NCBI GenBank assembly: GCA_947581805.1
Contig: CANPVM010000001.1
Location: 172,042 to 204,041 of the forward strand
DNA: 32,000 bases
DNA from: an uncultured Clostridia bacterium
GTDB taxonomy: Bacteria > Bacillota > Clostridia > TANB77 > CAG-508
Direction of reading: 5' to 3'
Part shown: positions 1 to 8,984 of the stretch, piece by piece
Layout of the letters: every line of letters begins with the position of its first letter
How positions within the stretch are numbered: position 1 is the stretch's first letter
Notes under the pieces: generated by a model
What the model was told of the DNA's origin: nothing
Databases searched by the model: none
The model's input: only the letters and a program-made list of their open reading frames with translations
Translations under genes and position numbers: made by a program

Positions 1-180
1 ATTTTTACCATTTTTATCACCCCTTTTTCTTTCTTCTTTATTATTATATCTATTTTTTCTCATTTATTCAACAAGAATATAACATTTTGTTTTCTTTTCA
101 TGTTGTGAAGATAAATTTTTTGATAATATATTATTTTATTACTATTTAAATTTTTCTTGTTTGTTTTTGATTAATATGCA

Positions 181-225
181 AAAAGAGAATATTATACTAA
201 TTTATAGTAAAATATTCTCTTTTTT
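181..225 (-). terminator. Rho-independent terminator downstream of the pspA-operon genes
   Basis: Inverted repeat AAAAGAGAATATT (181-193) / AATATTCTCTTTT (211-223). On the minus strand it is followed by a T-run. Confidence 0.6.
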
Positions 226-310
226 AATATGTTGAATTTTATTGTTATAAAATTATTTTTATGTTTTTTTCTGCATTTATTTAAAATTGTTATATAAATA
301 CAGAGTTTAT

Positions 311-1102
311 TTAAAATAATTTAATTAAAAATACGATACCTATTACAATTGCAATAATGCCTCCAATAAGTAAAAATAATGATTTTTGATTTGAACTATT
401 AACTAAATCTTCTTCTGATTTCGTTGTAACTATAAATGGTTTTTTATTATCCATTGGTTTACCAATATGTATTACATTTCCTACTTTAAAAGCTTCTCCT
501 ATAATATATAAACTTTGATTAGCTTCTATTGTTTTTTCTGTCATTTTAAACCCTATAGTTTCTGCTCCAAATCTATTAAATGAAAAAGAATTAAAATATC
601 TATAATTACTTAGATTATTTTTTGGTTCAAATCTATCAAATGTCTTTGGTATATCTAATTTACATCCAGTTGCATTTATTTCAACTGAAATAGGTTCTTT
701 TGTACTATTATCTACAAAAGATATTTCCTGACTTGTTTTTTCATTTGATATTGGCACTTCATTTTTATTAGTTCTTGTTCTATAATTTCCATTACTGTCT
801 CGATATTGTTCTGTAGTTTCTGTAACTTGCAATAACTCAGATTGACAATATGCAACTTTTCTATTTGAAAATGGTGTTTCAACTAAATTGTCTGAAGCAA
901 TGGTTCCTTTTAATTCAACAAATTCTCGATAGTCATTTCCTAAACCGTTTGAATCCATTTGAGAAAACATTTCTTGTAATTCTGCAATAGTTTTTGTTTG
1001 CATATATTTTATTTCTGTAATGTCTCCTTTGTTTTTAGGTCTAAAATAAAATATAGCTGCCAATCCTCCTCCTATGAAAATTAAAGGTATTATGAAATTC
1101 AT
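311..1102 (-). CDS. Membrane-anchored protein with N- and C-terminal TM helices, possibly GIDE-domain-like
   Basis: 263-aa ORF with AGGAGG 7 nt upstream of the ATG. Both termini are hydrophobic. The family assignment is from memory of the architecture only. Confidence 0.6.
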   Translation of the reverse strand: MNFIIPLIFIGGGLAAIFYFRPKNKGDITEIKYMQTKTIAELQEMFSQMDSNGLGNDYREFVELKGTIASDNLVETPFSNRKVAYCQSELLQVTETTEQYRDSNGNYRTRTNKNEVPISNEKTSQEISFVDNSTKEPISVEINATGCKLDIPKTFDRFEPKNNLSNYRYFNSFSFNRFGAETIGFKMTEKTIEANQSLYIIGEAFKVGNVIHIGKPMDNKKPFIVTTKSEEDLVNSSNQKSLFLLIGGIIAIVIGIVFLIKLF

Positions 1103-1113
1103 TTGTATTCCTC

Positions 1114-1782
1114 CTAATTGTTATTCATTTCTTGTTTTAATTTTTCTAATTCTTCATTTACTGCATTATCATGGTCCATTTTAGCAAATGGGTCGCTTTC
1201 TTCTTCTTGAATTCCTGATACATCTGAAAGTGCATCTGCTTGTGCTTCTTTTTCAGCAATTTTTTGTTCCATTTTATCCATTTTAGCAAAAGCACTTTTA
1301 CTATCCATATTACCAAGTGTTTTTGCCATTTGTGCTTGTGCATCTGCCATTTGACTTCTTGCCACTAACATAGCTTGTTTACTTCTAGCTTCTTCTAATT
1401 TTGATTTTAATATATCTATTTGTGATTTTATTTCATTTACTTGTGCTTCCATCGTTGTTGTCATTTCTTGATATTTTGTTACCATAGCATCTTGTTTTAC
1501 TTTGTTATCTAATGCTTGTTTTGCTAATTCTTCATTTCCTTGTTCTAAGCAAGTTTTTGCTTTGCTTTGCCATATATTAGATTGTTCTTGTGCTGCTTCT
1601 AATTGTTTTTTTACTTGATTAAAACTTCCCATTGCTGTTCCTAAACTTTGTGTAGACTTTCTTAATTGATCTTCCATATCAATAATAATTTGTTTTACCA
1701 TTTTTTCAGGGTTTTCTGCCTTATCTATTAAATCATTAATATTTGCTCTTACTAAATCACTTATTCTTTCAAATATTGCCAT
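1114..1782 (-). CDS. pspA: PspA/IM30 (phage shock protein A / LiaH-like) family protein
   Basis: N-terminus MAIFERISDLVRANINDLIDKAENPEKM is typical of PspA/IM30. The rest is a long coiled-coil rich in Q/E/K/A. An AGGAGG RBS is present. Confidence 0.85.
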   Translation of the reverse strand: MAIFERISDLVRANINDLIDKAENPEKMVKQIIIDMEDQLRKSTQSLGTAMGSFNQVKKQLEAAQEQSNIWQSKAKTCLEQGNEELAKQALDNKVKQDAMVTKYQEMTTTMEAQVNEIKSQIDILKSKLEEARSKQAMLVARSQMADAQAQMAKTLGNMDSKSAFAKMDKMEQKIAEKEAQADALSDVSGIQEEESDPFAKMDHDNAVNEELEKLKQEMNNN

Positions 1783-1801
1783 TTTTAATTCCTCCTAAAA
1801 A

Positions 1802-2242
1802 TTAATCTCTTTTTTTAAATAATGTTTTTAATAATAATCCTGCTCCTGCTGCTGCCATTCCAAAAATTAATATATAGTCAAACATTGAAGTTGTAACAAA
1901 ATTAATTTTTACACTCATAATAATTGTTACTATAATAAATATTACACTTAATGTTATTATAATTTTAGGAATGATTGATTTATTATTAAAGAAATACCAT
2001 ATTATACCTATAATTAATGGTATTGTAACTGTTCCAGAAGATAAATCAAATCCTCCAATTCTCCATACATACCAACTACTGTGTACCATTACTCTTTTGC
2101 TAAGCATAAATAGTCCAACACCTAGAAGAATAATTCCTATAAAAAATTGAAGTAATTCATTGCTATCTGATGACTTGTTGACATTTGTTTCTGGTTTTAA
2201 ATTATTAATTTCTTCTGAAACTGACTCATCTTTTTTAGACAT
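1802..2242 (-). CDS. Integral membrane protein (about 4 TM) in the pspA operon
   Basis: ORF-track ORF trimmed to the internal ATG (MSKKDES...), which is preceded by AAGGAGGAAG. The body is hydrophobic. Confidence 0.6.
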   Translation of the reverse strand: MSKKDESVSEEINNLKPETNVNKSSDSNELLQFFIGIILLGVGLFMLSKRVMVHSSWYVWRIGGFDLSSGTVTIPLIIGIIWYFFNNKSIIPKIIITLSVIFIIVTIIMSVKINFVTTSMFDYILIFGMAAAGAGLLLKTLFKKRD

Positions 2243-2317
2243 TTTTGCTTCCTCCTTGCTTTTTAAATGAAAAGACCTTATCATAAATTTTTAGCTATAA
2301 ATGATAAGGTCCTGTTT

Positions 2318-2641
2318 TTATCCTTCTATTTTTTTACCAAATATAGACATAGCAATTTTACCAACAACAGGTAATTCTGGGTCTTCATCTTTATTTGCTT
2401 TTACAATACCTATTATTATACAAACTAGATATAATCCATATACAATAGTTGAGAAGAATGGTATAGTTACAGGAATAAATCTATATATTGCAAAAATTAG
2501 CATATATCCTATTCCTATAACTATTGCTTGAGCAGCATGCATTTTAGTATTTCTTTGATTGTCTTTCATTCCATATAATACAATAAGCCCACCTACCCAA
2601 GTAAATATGTATGCTAAAATAGCTTTAGCCTTTTCACTCAT
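2318..2641 (-). CDS. Small membrane protein, DUF4870-like
   Basis: 107 aa. Motif AYIFTWVGGLIV...HAAQA resembles DUF4870 proteins. RBS is AAAGGAGAA. Confidence 0.55.
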   Translation of the reverse strand: MSEKAKAILAYIFTWVGGLIVLYGMKDNQRNTKMHAAQAIVIGIGYMLIFAIYRFIPVTIPFFSTIVYGLYLVCIIIGIVKANKDEDPELPVVGKIAMSIFGKKIEG

Positions 2642-2741
2642 ATTTGTTCTCCTTTCTTAAAAATATATTCAAAACAACTATAAAATCTAATTGTTTTTGA
2701 TAACATAATGAATTTTTATTTTTTTATATGTGTACAGTATA

Positions 2742-4226
2742 TTATTTTATATCTTTATAGTTTTTATTTTTCTTATAAACAAATACTAATACAGTTAATG
2801 TAATTATAATGCTAACTCCTACTACCATACTTACACCTGTTTGTGGAATTTCTCCTGTAGCTGTTGTGTTATCTTGTTCTGCACTTGGTTCATCTTTTAC
2901 CTTATCTTGTTCTACATCTGGTTTTTTATTTTCTTCTTTTACTTCTGTTAATTGAATTTTTGGGCTACTATTTAAAGTTACTGTGTAATCTTCAGAATCT
3001 GTATCTGTGTAAGTTAGAACAACTTTTTCATTAGTTGCTATTGTTTTGTTTAATAATTCAGAATTTTGCATGTCTTTTATTTTTAATTTGTATCTTAATG
3101 TTGCTGTTTCTTCTCCTTTTAATGTATCAATGTCCCATGTAATTGTATTGGTTTCGTCATCAATTTCTTCAGAAACTGTTCCTACAGATGGCTCTCCAAC
3201 ATAAGAAAATTCAAAGTTCTCTGTGATATCTTCTGGGAAATAATCTACTATTTTTACTTCATTTATTGGATTTTGTACGATTTCCATTACATTAGTTAGA
3301 ATATCATTTGTAACAACATTATTTACATTTGCTGATTGTACTAAGTAATATTTTCCTGCTGTTGGAGCTGTTGTTGTTCCAAATATTCTTTCTACTGCTT
3401 TTAAATCTTCTTCTATATTATTCTCTCCAAAATCATTACCATTTTTATCTATATGTCCATCTTCTGCAGACATTCCTGTCATCATAGATATAATATGATA
3501 TCCTGCTTTATCTAATCTTTGAAGAGTTTCTTTTGTATTATTTTGTACTATTAATGCTTTTTCTGTAGTAGTATCATTACCTGCATCAGTACCTTTTACA
3601 TCTGCATTTGGTACACCATCTGTTAATAATACAATAATTTTGTTTTTACAAGAACTTGAAAAGTTTTGTTCTGCTCTTTGTAAACCAGCATCAATGTTTG
3701 TACCACCTTCTGTTGCTTTTGCGTTTAAGTTATCTAATGCTGATAATACTGTATTTTTATTATCTGTTAGTTTTAATCCTAGAGTTGCATTAGAAATACT
3801 TGCACTACTCCATCCACTAACTCCATGAAAATATACTATACCTACTTTTACATTAGTACTATTTTCAAAGATTTCACTTACAAGTTGCTTTGTTGCTGGA
3901 ATTACAATTTCTTTTCTTGTTTGACCACTGGTTGTTACAAAATCCATACTTGGTGAATTATCAATTACAAGCATAACTTCTGTTTTCTCTTGTTCTTCTT
4001 CCTCTTTTTTCGTATTTGATAACTTTAGTTCAACTGTTACTTCTCCTGTGCTAGGATTAGAATCTACTATTGTTTTTGAAATATATCCTTGATTATTTTC
4101 TAAATATTTTGTTTCACTTGCCTGCTCTACTACATTTAATGTAGTTTTTAAATCTGCTGCAAATACATTAGAGCTCAACATTATTGCTATTAATAATATA
4201 CTTCCTATTTTTCTTATGTTTTTCAT
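2742..4226 (-). CDS. Cell-wall-anchored von Willebrand factor A (VWA) domain surface protein
   Basis: N-terminal signal peptide, then the MIDAS-like motif DNSPSMD. The C-terminus is IPQTG + hydrophobic stretch + KKNKNYK, an LPXTG-type sortase signal variant. Confidence 0.8.
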   Translation of the reverse strand: MKNIRKIGSILLIAIMLSSNVFAADLKTTLNVVEQASETKYLENNQGYISKTIVDSNPSTGEVTVELKLSNTKKEEEEQEKTEVMLVIDNSPSMDFVTTSGQTRKEIVIPATKQLVSEIFENSTNVKVGIVYFHGVSGWSSASISNATLGLKLTDNKNTVLSALDNLNAKATEGGTNIDAGLQRAEQNFSSSCKNKIIVLLTDGVPNADVKGTDAGNDTTTEKALIVQNNTKETLQRLDKAGYHIISMMTGMSAEDGHIDKNGNDFGENNIEEDLKAVERIFGTTTAPTAGKYYLVQSANVNNVVTNDILTNVMEIVQNPINEVKIVDYFPEDITENFEFSYVGEPSVGTVSEEIDDETNTITWDIDTLKGEETATLRYKLKIKDMQNSELLNKTIATNEKVVLTYTDTDSEDYTVTLNSSPKIQLTEVKEENKKPDVEQDKVKDEPSAEQDNTTATGEIPQTGVSMVVGVSIIITLTVLVFVYKKNKNYKDIK

Positions 4227-4414
4227 CTTTTCCTCCTTTTGTAAAGTATCTCTTAATATTCGACACTTTTTGTAGTTTGTTTTATTATATATGTCTGTTT
4301 TTATTTCAACAATAAAATAATTAAATTTTACTATTAACTTTTTTACATAAAATTTATTTTATATTTGTAGTCTCATTATTTTATGCTACTTTAACTATCC
4401 ATATCGCCAAAAAA

Positions 4415-4443
4415 AATACCTATATAAAAATTATATAGGTATT
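4415..4443 (-). terminator. Terminator after tRNA-Lys(CUU)
   Basis: 12-bp stem AATACCTATATA / TATATAGGTATT with a 5-nt loop. It is followed by a T-run on the minus strand, immediately 3' of the tRNA. Confidence 0.65.
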
Positions 4444-4446
4444 TTT

Positions 4447-4522
4447 TGGTGCACCACCGGGGGGTCGAACCCCGGACCTTCTGATTAAGAGTCAGCTGCT
4501 CTACCAACTGAGCTAGTGGTGC
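4447..4522 (-). tRNA. tRNA-Lys (anticodon CUU), CCA encoded
   Basis: The reverse complement folds as a cloverleaf: acceptor GCACCAC/GTGGTGC, anticodon loop CT-CTT-AA, T-arm CCGGGG-TTCGACC-CCCCGG, 3' CCA. Confidence 0.9.
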
Positions 4523-4537
4523 TTATGAACTTTTTCC

Positions 4538-4566
4538 ATTATACGACGAATACTGAGTTTTGTCAA
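4538..4566 (-). promoter_or_regulatory. Sigma-A type promoter for tRNA-Lys(CUU)
   Basis: On the minus strand: TTGACA, 17 nt, TATAAT (both hexamers match consensus). It lies about 15 nt upstream of the tRNA 5' end. Confidence 0.7.
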
Positions 4567-4605
4567 TATCTTTTTCTTTTTTGTTTTGAAAAGGAGGTGA
4601 TAATT

Positions 4606-4665
4606 ATGGTAAAAATAATTGCTTTATTTCTAATTTTTTTAATCTTAAAACAATTTGATGACTAA
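4606..4665 (+). CDS. Candidate 19-aa hydrophobic micropeptide (MVKIIALFLIFLILKQFDD)
   Basis: AAAGGAGGTGA sits 5 nt upstream of the ATG. It was not in the ORF track because it is too short. A single hydrophobic helix is followed by an acidic tail. Confidence 0.35.
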   Translation: MVKIIALFLIFLILKQFDD

Positions 4666-4677
4666 TTTTAAAAGAAA

Positions 4678-4718
4678 AGACTATTAACAAAATATTTTAT
4701 ATACTTTGTTAATAGTCT
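4678..4718 (-). terminator. Terminator downstream of the VanW-family gene
   Basis: Perfect 14-bp stem AGACTATTAACAAA / TTTGTTAATAGTCT. A T-rich run follows on the minus strand. Confidence 0.7.
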
Positions 4719-4747
4719 AAATATATTATAATATGTTATATTATTTT

Positions 4748-6415
4748 TTATAATTCTTTAATTGCTTCTAATAATTCTGGATTTAATTCATTCATGCTTT
4801 CTGTTTGCTTTTCTTCTTCTGGTTGTGCACTAACTCCTTGCACTTTCTTTGTTCCTTTTTGTACAATTCTTTCTAATGGGCTATAAGTATCGCTAGAAAG
4901 TAATGTTCTAGAAACAACAGCTCCATTATATCTTACTACTTTATAAGTAACACTTTTTGCACCGTTTGCCCCATATTGCTTGATTTCTTCTGTTCCTTGT
5001 GCCATAGAACTATTTTTTATATAGTTAATTGTGTATGGAATTACTTCTGTTACTGTACTTTCTATGCTTATTTCATATTCTTTTTCTTCTTTTAATCCAT
5101 ATATTTCTGTTGTTACAACTCCATTTTTTACACTAGATGTAATTTTTATTGGGTACTGCCTTGTATTTTTAAAGCAAAAATCAATTGTTCCCCAAGATAC
5201 AGTAGCATCTCTTCCTGCTGTTACATAAGAAGTTAGAAAACGGTGGTTACTTCTTTCTGTTACTTCTAAATTTGCATAAATAACTGCATTATATAGTGTA
5301 GAAGATAGTTGGCAAATACCTCCTCCTATTCCATCTACTACTTTTCCACCAGAATATACTGCCGCTTCTTTATATCCTTTTGCTATTGTTCTTTCTCCTA
5401 CTATTTTATTGTAAGAAAATGTTTCTCCTGGCAAAATTACGGTTCCATTTATTTTTTCAGATGCTAATTCTAAATTTGTTACTCTATTTTGATTACTTGT
5501 ACTATACGTAGTAGAAAATGTTCCTAATAAATTAGGAAATGCTTCTTTCCCTAGCTTTTCCGTTGTTATTTCTGGAATGGTAATCGTTAGAGGAATGATA
5601 TATTCTTCTTTTTCTTCTTGTAATATTTGTTTTGCTTCTTCTATTGAAATTGCAAAATCAATTCCATTAACATGTGGGTGTACTTCTAATGGTTCTTGTG
5701 TAATGAATGCATTTTGTGCTTCTTTATATATTTCTTCATGAATTTTTTCTAGGTTGATTTCTTCTGGTGAAACTCTTTTTACTGGAATACTAAATTCTCT
5801 GTTTTCTTCTTGTCTTATTATTTCTTCTAATTTCTGTTGAAACTGCTCTTTTTCAATTTCTACTCCGCTTTCTCCTTTTATAATAATTAATTGATTTTCT
5901 TCAATATAATAATTACTTTGTTTAATTGCATCTGGTAATTTTGCATTTAATTCTTCTATTTTTTTGTTCACTTCTTCTTGTTCTAATGAAATATCTGCTT
6001 TTATTTTTTTTGAAAATAATAACGAAAATAAAATGTCATAATTGTCTTTTATAATATTCCCCGATTTTCCAACAATGCATGCTTCTCTTACGGCTTTATC
6101 TATATCCATGGAAGAATGAAATTGCTCTATAGTGAAATTTTCCTCTAGTTCTTTATACGCTACTGTAATATTTTTTAATGCTACTTCTTGATACCAATTT
6201 TGTATTTTTTCTCTTGCTTCTTCTTGTGTTAAATTAGAAACATCTATATCTCCAATTGTAACTCCTTTTATAATTTTATTGTTTCCCATATTTATTAAAG
6301 AAAAGATAACAGAAAAAAGCATAAAAATAACAAGTAATATTAAACCTGTTATCAATATTACTTTCATATTTGTTTTTTTATTATTTGCTTTTCTTTTTTG
6401 CATTCTTCTTGGCAT
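4748..6415 (-). CDS. VanW family protein (YoaR-like) with N-terminal TM anchor and a C-terminal G5-like region
   Basis: Motifs PGETFSYNKIVGERT and GGGICQLSSTLYNA are typical of VanW. RBS is GGAGAAG. Confidence 0.8.
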   Translation of the reverse strand: MPRRMQKRKANNKKTNMKVILITGLILLVIFMLFSVIFSLINMGNNKIIKGVTIGDIDVSNLTQEEAREKIQNWYQEVALKNITVAYKELEENFTIEQFHSSMDIDKAVREACIVGKSGNIIKDNYDILFSLLFSKKIKADISLEQEEVNKKIEELNAKLPDAIKQSNYYIEENQLIIIKGESGVEIEKEQFQQKLEEIIRQEENREFSIPVKRVSPEEINLEKIHEEIYKEAQNAFITQEPLEVHPHVNGIDFAISIEEAKQILQEEKEEYIIPLTITIPEITTEKLGKEAFPNLLGTFSTTYSTSNQNRVTNLELASEKINGTVILPGETFSYNKIVGERTIAKGYKEAAVYSGGKVVDGIGGGICQLSSTLYNAVIYANLEVTERSNHRFLTSYVTAGRDATVSWGTIDFCFKNTRQYPIKITSSVKNGVVTTEIYGLKEEKEYEISIESTVTEVIPYTINYIKNSSMAQGTEEIKQYGANGAKSVTYKVVRYNGAVVSRTLLSSDTYSPLERIVQKGTKKVQGVSAQPEEEKQTESMNELNPELLEAIKEL

Positions 6416-6466
6416 TTTCTTCTCCTATCCTTTCCTTAATATTATCATATCATAAATATATTTACA

Positions 6467-6499
6467 ATATTACAAATATTACATTTTTGTAATATTACA
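6467..6499 (+). promoter_or_regulatory. Three direct copies of ATATTACA upstream of the XRE/S24 repressor gene (candidate operator)
   Basis: ATATTACA occurs at 6467-6474, 6476-6483 and 6492-6499. TTACAAA...TTTGTAA dyad symmetry lies around 6470-6492. Confidence 0.35.
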
Positions 6500-6507
6500 T
6501 TTACTTA

Positions 6508-6536
6508 TAGACAAATTTTGTTTTTTTCTGTATAAT
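6508..6536 (+). promoter_or_regulatory. Promoter of the XRE/S24 repressor gene
   Basis: TAGACA (6508-6513), 17 nt, TATAAT (6531-6536). Confidence 0.55.
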
Positions 6537-6570
6537 ACTAGCAAATAATGTAGAAAGAGGTAGATTTTAT

Positions 6571-7149
6571 ATGTTAGGTAGCATGCTTTCGAAAATCAGG
6601 AAAGAAAAACATATGACAAAAGTGGAACTAGCAAAAAAAACAGATATTAATATTGGCCACTTAACACATATTGAAAAAGGAGAAAGAAACCCTAGTCATA
6701 AAGCATTAAAGAGCATTACTAATGCATTAGATGTGCCTTATCAAACTTTAACACATTTATACGATAAACCAATTACAGAAGATGATACTAGATGTAAAAT
6801 GATTGAGCATTTATCTTATAACAAGGTATTAGCTATTGATTCTTATTCTAACTTTATTGATTGTCCTTCTAATGTTCCCAATACCTCTGTTGCACTAAAA
6901 ATTGAGGATGATAGTATGCAGCCATATTTTGAAAAAGGCGCTTATGGATTTTTAGAATTAAATGTTCCTTTACGTAATAAAGATGTAGGATTATTTCAAT
7001 ATAATGGTCGTTTTTTAGTTAGAAGGTTTATTATTCGTAAAGATAAATTAGTATTAAGGGCAGATAATAAAAATTATGATGATATTGATTTGACAGAAGA
7101 TTCTCATTTTATCATTATTGGAAGATTATTGAATAGTGATAAAATTTAA
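6571..7149 (+). CDS. XRE-family HTH repressor fused to an S24 (LexA/CI-like) peptidase domain
   Basis: N-terminal HTH (MTKVELAKKTDINIGHLTHIEKGERNPS). The C-terminal part carries a DDSMQP serine motif and a downstream Lys, as in S24 autopeptidases. Confidence 0.75.
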   Translation: MLGSMLSKIRKEKHMTKVELAKKTDINIGHLTHIEKGERNPSHKALKSITNALDVPYQTLTHLYDKPITEDDTRCKMIEHLSYNKVLAIDSYSNFIDCPSNVPNTSVALKIEDDSMQPYFEKGAYGFLELNVPLRNKDVGLFQYNGRFLVRRFIIRKDKLVLRADNKNYDDIDLTEDSHFIIIGRLLNSDKI

Positions 7150-7241
7150 TGTTTTAAAAAAATTTGTTGAAAATGCTTGAATATTGTATTTTTTAATATT
7201 ATAATGGCATTGCAAAAGATAAAATTTAAGGAGAAAAAAGC

Positions 7242-7712
7242 ATGGAATTAGTAAAAAATATATTTTTTAACACAGATAAAATAATAGAAGGAAATAAAGT
7301 AAAGATATCTTATGTTGGATATTTATTTCAAAATGGTTCTGAAGAAGTATACCTACATTATGGTTTTGGAATTAATTGGGATAATGTTTCAGAAGTAAAG
7401 ATGGAAAAAACAGAACTTGGTTTTCAATGTGAAATTGATATTTTAGAAGGTGATACATTAAATCTTTGCTACCATAATGAAAATAACGAATGGGATAATA
7501 ATTTTGGTCAAAACTTTACTTTTTCTATTGAAAAACCAGAAATAGAAGAAGAAGTATCTTTGGTTGCAATGCCTGAAACAGGAATGCAAATACGCAAAGG
7601 TTTAAGAAAGACTTATATTTGGAGTAAAAAAATTAGGCTTGCTATTTATAAACTTATTACTTGCGTTCCTAAAATTATTTCTGGTAATTATAGAAGAAAA
7701 GTAAATGAATAA
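7242..7712 (+). CDS. Protein with a starch-binding-like CBM (CBM25/53-type) domain
   Basis: Pattern LHYGFG.NWD...EWDNNFGQNF resembles these carbohydrate-binding modules. RBS is AAGGAGAAA. Confidence 0.45.
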   Translation: MELVKNIFFNTDKIIEGNKVKISYVGYLFQNGSEEVYLHYGFGINWDNVSEVKMEKTELGFQCEIDILEGDTLNLCYHNENNEWDNNFGQNFTFSIEKPEIEEEVSLVAMPETGMQIRKGLRKTYIWSKKIRLAIYKLITCVPKIISGNYRRKVNE

Positions 7713-7740
7713 TTGATATTTTTATTTATATATAAAACTA

Positions 7741-7773
7741 AAAAAACATTACGATAAAATCGTAATGTTTTTT
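7741..7773. terminator. Bidirectional terminator between convergent genes
   Basis: AAAAAACATTACGAT-AAA-ATCGTAATGTTTTTT forms a 15-bp stem flanked by A and T runs. Confidence 0.7.
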
Positions 7774-8503
7774 AATTGATATTCCATCCCCCATTTATAC
7801 TAATCACTTGCCCTGTAGTATAGTTGTCTTCTATTAGCCATTTTGCACATTTTGCAATGGATAAGGTATCTCCTATTTTTCCTAACGGAATTTCTTGTTT
7901 AATTTCTTCTATTTCTTCTTTAGATAAATATTTATTCATATCAGTATCTATAATGCCAGGAGCTATGCTATTGACCCTTATATTAGAAGGCCCAAGCTCT
8001 TTGGCAAGCGATTTAGTCATAGCATCTACCCCTGCTTTTGCTACACTATAGTGGACTTCACAGGATGCTCCTACCATACCCCATATAGAAGAAATGTTTA
8101 TTATGCATCCTTCTTTTTCATGTATCATGTACTTTGCTACTTCTTGTGAAGTATAAAAAACGGAATTTAAATTTACGTTTAACATGGTATTCCAGTCATC
8201 ATCTGTAATATCAGTAAACAATTTTGTTTGTGAAATACCTGCATTGTTAATTAGTACGTCTATTTTTCCAAACTTTTGAATAGTAAATTCAACTAATTTT
8301 TTTACTTCTTCTCTTTTTGAAACATCTGCTTGAAAAATTTCCACACATTTGCCTAGTTTTGTGAATTCTTCTTGCATTTTCTTTGCAATTTCTTCTGATT
8401 TATTGTAATTTAAAACAATTTGATAATCTTCTTTTGCAAGTAAGTTAACAATTGCAGCTCCAATTCCTCTAGAGCCTCCTGTTACTATAACTGTTTTTGG
8501 CAT
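7772..8503 (-). CDS. Short-chain dehydrogenase/reductase, 3-oxoacyl-ACP reductase (FabG)-like
   Basis: TGGSRGIG cofactor motif, NNAG, and a YSVAK catalytic motif (YxxxK). Confidence 0.8.
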   Translation of the reverse strand: MPKTVIVTGGSRGIGAAIVNLLAKEDYQIVLNYNKSEEIAKKMQEEFTKLGKCVEIFQADVSKREEVKKLVEFTIQKFGKIDVLINNAGISQTKLFTDITDDDWNTMLNVNLNSVFYTSQEVAKYMIHEKEGCIINISSIWGMVGASCEVHYSVAKAGVDAMTKSLAKELGPSNIRVNSIAPGIIDTDMNKYLSKEEIEEIKQEIPLGKIGDTLSIAKCAKWLIEDNYTTGQVISINGGWNIN

Positions 8504-8513
8504 TTTTTTCTCC

Positions 8514-8903
8514 TTAATTATTATATTTTTTTCTTGCTTTTCTTCCTTTATTTAAATTTGCTCCTTTGTATGTACTTGTTAGTGAGTGACAGTTTGGACA
8601 TAATAAAATTAAATTTTCTTCATTATTGTTTTTGTAATTTCCATCAATATGTTCTATTTCTAAAGGTATTTTATTTGTATATATATTCATCTGTCCCCAT
8701 CCACATCTAGCACATTTATTTTCATACTTTGTAAATAAATAAGTTTTTATATAAGAAGATATTTGATATTCTCCCCTCATTCCATCTATCTGTTTATTTT
8801 TCCATTTTTCTATATAGGTTTTATATTCAAATTCTTTTTGACATTTATTTGAGCAATATTTAGAACGATTATTTATTTTTTTGTTACAATTTAAACAATA
8901 CAT
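8514..8903 (-). CDS. Free-standing HNH endonuclease
   Basis: Motif EIEHIDGNYKNNNEENLILLCPNCHS (HNH with a CxxC pair) plus an N-terminal CxxC...C zinc-ribbon-like region. The start is trimmed to the ATG 7 nt after AGGTG. Confidence 0.8.
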   Translation of the reverse strand: MYCLNCNKKINNRSKYCSNKCQKEFEYKTYIEKWKNKQIDGMRGEYQISSYIKTYLFTKYENKCARCGWGQMNIYTNKIPLEIEHIDGNYKNNNEENLILLCPNCHSLTSTYKGANLNKGRKARKKYNN

Positions 8904-8939
8904 TATAATCACCTTCTAATTTCTATTGACACTTTTTAA

Positions 8940-8977
8940 AAACAAAAAACCAAGCAAGTTTTTTAACAAGCCTGGTT
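8940..8977 (-). terminator. Terminator of the tRNA operon
   Basis: The minus-strand RNA forms AACCAGGC / GCUUGGUU (8 bp including one G-U), followed by UUUUGUUUUU. The plus-strand version has an A-C mismatch, so the structure is strand-specific. Confidence 0.55.
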
Positions 8978-8984
8978 TTAAGTA

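Noticed and set aside
1-11. Possible start of a minus-strand gene at the left edge (GGGGTGATAAAA-ATG, with the ATG at 11-9 running out of the window)
   Set aside because: Only 11 nt of coding sequence lie in the window. The RBS is good, but the gene cannot be evaluated.
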